DNA of 64,000 nucleotides from Albugo candida (Eukaryota): NCBI GenBank assembly GCA_040437565.1, contig JBDOQK010000005.1, positions 558,001 to 622,000 of the forward strand, read 5' to 3'. Shown piece by piece: positions 56,701 to 64,000 of this stretch (position 1 is its first letter; each line of letters starts with the position of its first letter). The notes under the pieces were generated by a model. It saw only the letters and a program-made list of their open reading frames with translations, ran no database searches and was not told where the DNA came from. The position numbers and the translations under genes were made by a program.

Positions 56701-59170
56701 ACTGATGCCACTGGTAAGTGACTTTTACGACCCTGGTCTATTTGCACTAAATTTGAGATTATTCGTAGCTCACCCAAAGCGATAGTAAATCCCTTGCCTC
56801 TCAACTTGAGCCACTTGACAAAGTGTTGAATGCCAAGATTCAGGAGGCTTACGAGATGGCTCATGTGATGAAGCTTTTCAAGGAAATGTGCCCACATACA
56901 GCAAGCAACATTGGCGAAAAATCTCTACTTATATTGCAACACGTGCAGCAGTGTCTTGCTGATGTTCGACGAATGATATTAAAATTGTTAGCAACAAGAT
57001 TTCCAAAAGAGTTCAATATCAGGGTGATAATTGAAGGGCTGGATTCAGAAATATCGCAGATACAAGCAGCAGTGTTTGAAGTACTCGATAACCTTGTTTC
57101 GAGTAACTACAAGCACTTTGTGCTCCCCTTATTGTTTCCATCCACCAGCTTTTGCACCAAAGTAAGCTACTTATGCTTACTCTCACATGCTTGAACCTAA
57201 ACGTTTTGGATCATTTTGCTGCTCATTAGCTGCTAAAGCAGGTGGAAACGTTTTTCGAAGGGAAGAAAGGCATGCAACTCTTACTCGAGACTTTGCAGGA
57301 AGAGCAGTTACATAATGAGCTGACTGGAATGGCTCTGCAATATTTTCTTCATATTTCCGAGTTTCATGCAAATCTGATTGAGAGCGACATCAGTAACGTC
57401 TTCAACCACAGAGTTTTACCGCAATTATTGAAGCATTCAATCACTAGAGAAGTGCTGGTAGAGACATATCACAAGTAAGTGGGACGAGAAGCATTGCTTA
57501 TATATATGTTGTCTCATTTGTTGTATTCTTCATATCTACAGAAATCGTCCAAATTATCCGTATGAGTCGCTAGTAGCTCTCGAATCAGAAGCGATACCCA
57601 TTATCTCTCAAATTGCAGTAAGAATGAATGACATAGCGCTACCAGATTTTCATGTTTTTTCTGGCAATGCAGACGTCGACCTGCTTGCGAGCCTCGACAG
57701 TATTTGCGACAGCTTATACTATTGATATATTGCGATCCATGTCGTACCAGTTCGTTCCAGTCCGTGTAAAGAAAGGAGAGACATTTATTACTGAAGGAGC
57801 CGTAGGTGATATTTTTCGCTTTTCGCACAATGCAATCGGTTTCTCACCAGTGATTCTTTCCAAGCATCGGTTGTGTATATTGTTGCAGTAGGAAAAGTGC
57901 ATGTGCACAAAAAAAGCTACTTGCTGGCCGAGATCACATATGGGGGATGCATTGGTCAGACAGCCCTATTGCGCCACCATCTACGACCCGGTGTTCACAT
58001 TTCTTCTGCCACGGCATCAATTGATTGCATTTTGTTGAGCATCTCAAGGCCTGCTTTAGACGCCTTGATGCGAGAGAATGGTCGTATCTCACTCGGCGTC
58101 TTACAATCTGTGGCATCCGCATTCCGTTTCATGTACTTTAAGGTCAGTGTGCGCTATCCAATATTGAGTGGTGAGACTTATCAGGTGCTATGATCAGCCA
58201 AGGCGTATCATAATGGAAAAGGGAACATTACCAATTTATTATCAAAAAAATGAGATTGCACCAAGCGATACCAGTCTCTCACCCCCCACGGAAGATGATA
58301 GCGAGCCTCTGCAATCCTCATCGGCAAGAAATATCTCGTTTGCAGGCTCGAAAGCACTTCTTCGTCGAAATACAATGTTCTTGGCTCGGGAAGCATCAAG
58401 CACTTCAACCCACGAACAAGACAAAATTTATTCCCTAGACAGACACCAATCAGATGCGTCCCAGGGCTTGGCTTCTACTTCCAACTTCATTTCCTCCAGT
58501 TGCGCTGACAGAGAATACACAGAGTTCGAAAAGTGTATCAATCTTAAGGGTTCCCACCTTTTGCGCAGTCTTGCGGATGACAAGGTCTCGTTGGTGGCTT
58601 ACCTAGCGCAAGTACGCACGCTGCTGCACAAGGAAGTACTTTTTTTGGAAAGTGATAAAGCTACTCATTTTTTTATTATTATCAACGGGACGATGACAAT
58701 CAGCTACGACGACAAGAGCCAAACATGCTCGGAGCTGCACAACGGCGACTGCTTAGGCGAAGAGGTATGCGCACTTCACAATATCAAAGCTTGTAATTCA
58801 CTCATATTCCGATTTGCTCATACGATAGTCGTTCGACTGTGATGGAGTCATGCAAGGAAGCGCTTCATCCAAAGGACGCACTACTCTGTTTGAGTTTCTC
58901 ACAAGTGAGCTGATTGAACTGAGTCAGTCCCAACCAGAGCTGATGCATGCGCTGCTGGCTTGGCTGGCAGACAAGTTATCAAAATCAGTCGAGTCGATGT
59001 TCGAGTTTTTGGTTTCCACCTGTATACCACCGTCAGCTTGCCAACCGGTTGTAGTTGAACCGACCAAACCTGTGCCACGCAGACATGAAACTCTACAAAA
59101 AGAAGATGCGTGTTATGAAGGTCGTCGCGAAATTAGAACGAGGCGAGGCTATCGGGCACAGTCAACATGA
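53711..59170 (+). CDS. NTT/TLC-family nucleotide-transporter-like MFS domain fused to HEAT-like repeats and two cyclic-nucleotide-binding domains
   Basis: N-terminal multi-TM domain with SRDTIFL, QQFWDFCSRNFNVTEAKQYFGFITFGSTFGSL and FNPARELLWLPL. Helical repeat middle (LIPALIQHLG, IIEGLDSE...AAVFEVLDNL). cNBD1 KKGETFITEG...YIVAVGKV...GGCIGQTALL; cNBD2 EVLFLESDKATHFFIIINGTM...GDCLGEE. About ten exons with GT-AG introns (e.g. 55316-55371, 55471-55525, 56714-56768, 58144-58197, 58765-58828). Confidence 0.82.
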
Positions 59171-59186
59171 TAAGATCCCAAAAATA

Positions 59187-60584
59187 CTAGTTCTTTGATA
59201 AATGAAGTTCTTCAAACACCGGCAACAATGTTGCAAGAAATCGAGCCAATTGCTCGGCTTCAGTATCTGGTCTCGAATCCGGTGTGATTTCTTTGCTTTC
59301 TTGAGTACTTTGCGGCGGGCTGTCGACATGGTCCACTCTGAGACCATCTATATGATGCTGAACGCATCCTGCCAGCTCGATCGAAACGATTGCACCACGT
59401 TCTTGTTCATGCTGAGTCATCCGACCTACTAGTAGTAAGCTATGAAATGCATCCGGGGAAAAACTACCATTTTTGTTCATATCTGAAGCGACCCCAGCGG
59501 CATTTACTGATGACGGAGAAGGTGTCACTGGAATAGCAGCTGCCGAACCAGTCGAGGTTCCAGACATAGGTTCCGGCATCGAGCGAGAGAGCGCAAAAGC
59601 GCGCAAATAAGAGTTACTTAGTGTCCCCATCGAAATCACCCATTGTCCCGAGTTTGAGGCCTCTGGGCACTCGCGAATAGAATCGATCGTTATCAATGGC
59701 TTGGGGATCGAAGTATTCGCTTGCATGAGTAGTATACGCCGTGACAGCGCCACTTGTGGGGGGGCGTAAACCGGAGTAGTCTCTTGAACTACTGGAAGAA
59801 AAGCTCGAAGTAGTTCCTCTTTCTGTGTAAACTCCCATATCTCCAAGGCTGCTTGCTCAGCAGTTACATTACTTATTTCGTGAGAGCAATGGAAGGAAAG
59901 CGCATTGTGACCATCACTTGCAAACACGCTAATTATCCAGCCACGGCTCTGCACCCTGGTATGCTCCGGGTAAGCATCGATGTTGGATTGCTGGTCTGCC
60001 AGAACATTCAATAATTCCAATCCATGCAGATAGCACTCCGTTGCTGCAGCTTCAATATGTTTTCGTATGAATCTATTCGGGATGGTTTCATTCTTCTCAC
60101 ATGTCTGCTGCCAGCGACTCACAAGTTCCAAGATTTCCGAGTCTTGAAATTCGTCAAGTTCACTGTCGGAACATGAGTCCTCTGATGCATCATCATCATT
60201 ACCTTCGAGATCGTTGTAGCATTGATCAGCACTAACGCAATTGTTTACATTGTACTGTTTTATTGGTACATTGGCTAGTGGCGCAATCGCAAATAAATTG
60301 TAAAGTGTTTGCATCCATACTTGATGATCGGTCAGCTTGCTTTTGAGAAACGAAATTCGGTCCTGAGTTTCTGAGACCTTACAATGTGCCTCCAGAGCTT
60401 GTAGAGCATAAGGGCTATACTGTCCCTTAATCACTTCGATTTCTCGACGGACGGATTCTAACCGAATCAGTATGGGATCATTTCCATGCTTGAGACGTTT
60501 TCGAGGCCGACATACTTGTTTGTTGGACGAACTTTCATCTCCCTGCTGTTGTACTGATCGATCATCCTTCTCATCCATTTCCAT
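59187..60584 (-). CDS. Hypothetical protein (basic patch + short coiled coil, possible START-like C-terminal region)
   Basis: Uninterrupted ~465-codon ORF from the first ATG (60584). RPRKRLK basic cluster, heptad segment, acidic linker, then a mixed alpha/beta region. Fold assignment is tentative. Confidence 0.7.
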   Translation of the reverse strand: MEMDEKDDRSVQQQGDESSSNKQVCRPRKRLKHGNDPILIRLESVRREIEVIKGQYSPYALQALEAHCKVSETQDRISFLKSKLTDHQVWMQTLYNLFAIAPLANVPIKQYNVNNCVSADQCYNDLEGNDDDASEDSCSDSELDEFQDSEILELVSRWQQTCEKNETIPNRFIRKHIEAAATECYLHGLELLNVLADQQSNIDAYPEHTRVQSRGWIISVFASDGHNALSFHCSHEISNVTAEQAALEIWEFTQKEELLRAFLPVVQETTPVYAPPQVALSRRILLMQANTSIPKPLITIDSIRECPEASNSGQWVISMGTLSNSYLRAFALSRSMPEPMSGTSTGSAAAIPVTPSPSSVNAAGVASDMNKNGSFSPDAFHSLLLVGRMTQHEQERGAIVSIELAGCVQHHIDGLRVDHVDSPPQSTQESKEITPDSRPDTEAEQLARFLATLLPVFEELHLSKN

Positions 60585-60922
60585 TTCTCCAAGAGTGGTC
60601 GAACAAATTTTTCGGGGATACACAAAGTGTTCTGTCTCGGCGTTGTCTCATAATTCGTATTGAGACACGCTGATGTTGATGGTTTTGAAAACGAAAAGTT
60701 TCAATAGTGATTCATTCGACCTATAGGAACTAAGGGCTTATCAGCGATATATTATTTGTCTTGTTACTGTTGCTGCGAAAGGTATAAGGACTTCGCTCAC
60801 ACTATAGGTAGAAAGAAGCCATTAAATCCATCTTCATCAGAGACCAGGCGAGTGGCATAAATGTCTGTACGCTTGGATTTTCAGGTTGATCGAAATTACA
60901 TAATTGACACTTTTTTGTGTAT

Positions 60923-63267
60923 ATGGCACAAAATGCAGTACAATTTATCAAGTCACTGAGAGACCGATCGCGTGACGGCGAAGTGATACCAACAGAACAA
61001 AGAAATGAATGTTTAACTAAATTGGAAGAGTTACGATTCTGTCTTTATAATAATTCCGCCAAAAAGCTATATTCTCGTTTATACCTGTATGCCACCATAA
61101 TAGTATCCAAAATTTTCATGGAATACTCGGATGAGGATCCAACATTAGAATCTGGTACCAGACAGGGAACACAGCGTATGGATGCAGGTTTCTTAATTGA
61201 AAGAGCTATAATGGACTTTTATCGAATGGTACAGATACCGTCAGCTTTTTCCGACTCGGTATTGAATTTTCGGAGCACAAGTGGACCTCAATTTGAAAGT
61301 GATAGCATTCAAAGGATATATGAGCAATTACTGGTCGTTCTCATTAGTAGGCGATGCGATAATCAACCGCCCCATTCCAATCACGCATGGATAGATATTG
61401 AACTGTTGACTCAAATCGGACTATTATTACCCTGCATTTGGCTAAATCAGCCTACGCTTGATCGAGGATCGCAAGAACGAACTGTGAAATGGCTGGAGAT
61501 ATTAATACGATTGTTTATTAATCAAAAGAATGCTTCCGTACAAGTATTTGCTTGTGCACCAATGTTTCTACTCGCCATGATTCAAGTCGTGCGAGCGAGG
61601 GACTCAGATTTCGAATGTGCAACACAGTATTTTGACCATATTGAGTTGCTCTTAGAAAGAGCAGGTAGCTCGGCAACTTATCCCCCTGCACTACTATATT
61701 GGTATGGAGTGGTGCTCCATACTATCGGTGACTATAGAAGCTCTAAAAGAGCTCTCAAACGATCGATACAGAATAATTACGAACCGATTGAAAGTTTGAC
61801 CATGTTTTCGCTTGTTTCATTGCATCTAGAAGAATATTTTGATGCTGCGGATGCCCTTCAACGTGCATTAGAGTTGAATTTTGAGCATCTAACGTCAATC
61901 TACAACTATGCAATCGTACTTGAACTACTTTCCGACAATAAAGCGAAGCAAAAAATGCTTGGACACTTCTGGGAAGCAACTTTGGTGGCGGAAGGCAAAC
62001 CAAAAAGTATTTTGAAGGGATCTGTTCACGAAAATCATTTTCAGGAGAGCTTGAAGAGCGAAACTGCGAAAACCGCTAATCGAGCTTTTGATTCACATCC
62101 TCTCTTCCCCGACAGCATCATTGATACAGTCTTTTTTCCTCATCAAGAACGGGCTATGGACATCCAGAATTTCCTCTGGGAGTCGGGCTGCACAGCTATG
62201 GAGAACGGTACGATATTTAGCATGGTCACAGCAACAACTAATGTAAACTCAATTAGGCTCCTGGGAGGACGCAAAGGGCTTTCTGGACAAACTACTTGAT
62301 ACCCATATACTGCTCAGCGGTCATCACGACGATCGAGTGAAGCAACAACTACGAGTTTATGTGTATGTCCTCTTGCAGGTACGTGAAGTGCTCATAATCT
62401 AAGCGTTTGTGTCTAACAAGTAACGAACAGAGTGGCCATCCATCGATGGCTATAGACATATGTCACACAGTACTTGAGCAGCTCAGCAATGATGACTCTA
62501 TAGGAACGTATTCCATGGAACAGACTATACTTTGGTTCCAAATGTATCTTGCGGACGCACTATTGTGTTTAGAACATGTGAAAGAGTGCAACGATCATCT
62601 AAAAACAACCGTAGATCCAATGTTAAAGCGTTTGCTGGCCGCCAAGGATTACAGTCAGGACAAGGATAGTTCAGAATTCCATGATAAATTCTTGGTTTGG
62701 CGCATTGAGCTGATGAATAATTTTGCTATTACTAGCGTCTGCATGGGAGACTTAAATCTTGCAATATCATCCCTACAGGATGCTTTATTGTTTGCTAAAA
62801 CTACAAAAATGGAGATGGACTCGATCCTTATACATGTGCAATACAATCTTGTATTACTATTGTGGCGAGCTGGGCAAAAAGAGGCGGCTTGCCTCGTCTG
62901 GTTTGATGCTAGAGGATGGGACCCATTACGCGTGGGCTATAATGAAGACACTTGGAACGATTACAAAAAGAACTTTTTGATCGAAGTAAACGAATGCGCG
63001 ACCGCGGAGGCAACAATACGAGGGACAACTGGAAGTGATCATGCACCAGCCAACAGTGACGATGAACAGCATATCAATGTTGCTCCACAGCTCCAGGTGC
63101 TAGAATTGGATGCCATGATTTTAGAGCACTGGATGAGCATCGGAGCTGCTGCCTCGGTGAGTAATGCTTTACACTACGTCGACGTTATGAAGCCATCGGA
63201 AGAACTTCTTGTGAATAAGCAGGGCAATAACACAGTGAGGGATGCCAAAACATTTGTATTCAGCTGA
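60923..63267 (+). CDS. TPR-like alpha-helical repeat protein
   Basis: Exons 60923-62207, 62257-62378, 62431-63267. TPR-like segments LYWYGVVLHTIGDYRSSKRALKRSI, EEYFDAADALQRALELN, SIYNYAIVL, NNFAITSVCMGDLNLAISSLQDAL and VQYNLVLLLWRAGQKEAA. Confidence 0.75.
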
Positions 63268-63332
63268 TCATTAGAGACCTTGAGATACATTTCACCGTGC
63301 CCGGGCACTGTGCTCGTATGATTTCTGGTTAT

Positions 63333-63535
63333 TTATGGTGAAAAGCTACTCTCTCTCGTGACATTTTCCACATCTGCATCCATGACATTTCCAAAGTCAG
63401 ACCAAAATAGCCTAAGCTCATTGTTTATCCAAGCGCGAACGATAGTAGCACCAAGAGTGCATGGTACCAAATACATTAGCGCGGGTTGGCCAACACCAGT
63501 CAAATTTACTGCAGCGTTTGCCATACCAAGCCCCA
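63333..63535 (-). CDS. C-terminal fragment of a signal peptide peptidase-like intramembrane aspartyl protease (family A22B); cut by the gap
   Basis: GQPALMYLVPCTLG is the QPALLYLVP motif, followed by ELRLFW and a stop at 63333. Confidence 0.85.
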
Positions 63536-64000
63536 NNNNNNNNNNNNNNNNNNNNNNNNNNNNNNNNNNNNNNNNNNNNNNNNNNNNNNNNNNNNNNNNN
63601 NNNNNNNNNNNNNNNNNNNNNNNNNNNNNNNNNNNTGGTGGCGGAAGGCAAACCAAAAAGTATTTTGAAGGGATCTGTTCACGAAAATCATTTTCAGGAG
63701 AGCTTGAAGAGCGAAACTGCGAAAACCGCTAATCGAGCTTTTGATTCACATCCTCTCTTCCCCGACAGCATCATTGATACAGTCTTTTTTCCTCATCAAG
63801 AACGGGCTATGGACATCCAGAATTTCCTCTGGGAGTCGGGCTGCACAGCTATGGAGAACGGTACGATATTTAGCATGGTCACAGCAACAACTAATGTAAA
63901 CTCAATTAGGCTCCTGGGAGGACGCAAAGGGCTTTCTGGACAAACTACTTGATACCCATATACTGCTCAGCGGTCATCACGACGATCGAGTGAAGCAACA
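63536..64000. repeat. 100-N gap (63536-63635) followed by a re-read of sequence starting at 61983; assembly overlap
   Basis: 63636-64000 matches 61983-62347 (part of the TPR-like gene). Confidence 0.9.

Noticed and set aside
63461-63952. 163-aa ORF as a second TPR-gene paralogue
   Set aside because: It is a gap-spanning chimera of antisense SPP-like sequence and a re-read of 61983 onward.

Overview
Gene-dense eukaryotic scaffold with short (~50-70 nt) GT-AG introns and very short intergenic spacers. Gene content and style point to an oomycete, plausibly an Albugo-like biotroph (inference). It holds 13 protein genes: a GH5 endoglycoceramidase-like glycosidase, a PX-domain AGC kinase, Sec16, a ~2,350-aa coiled-coil/acidic protein, a Rad7-like LRR protein, an ankyrin-FYVE protein, GAPDH, a small Cys-rich protein, a giant FN3-rich protein, an NTT-HEAT-cNMP-binding transporter fusion, an unknown protein, a TPR-like protein and the 3' end of an SPP-like protease. 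Ten 100-N gaps are each followed by a re-read of upstream sequence (unmerged contig overlaps). Collapsing them joins the three giant ORF pieces into one in-frame ORF of ~7,530 codons. The most striking observation is that this protein appears recursively nested ('Russian doll'): runs of N leading EVQ-type beta-strands are followed by N headless domain bodies (9/9, 3/3, 2/2), all inserted inside split FN3 domains. No RNA genes, transposons or CRISPR arrays are supported. Exon boundaries were read by eye.
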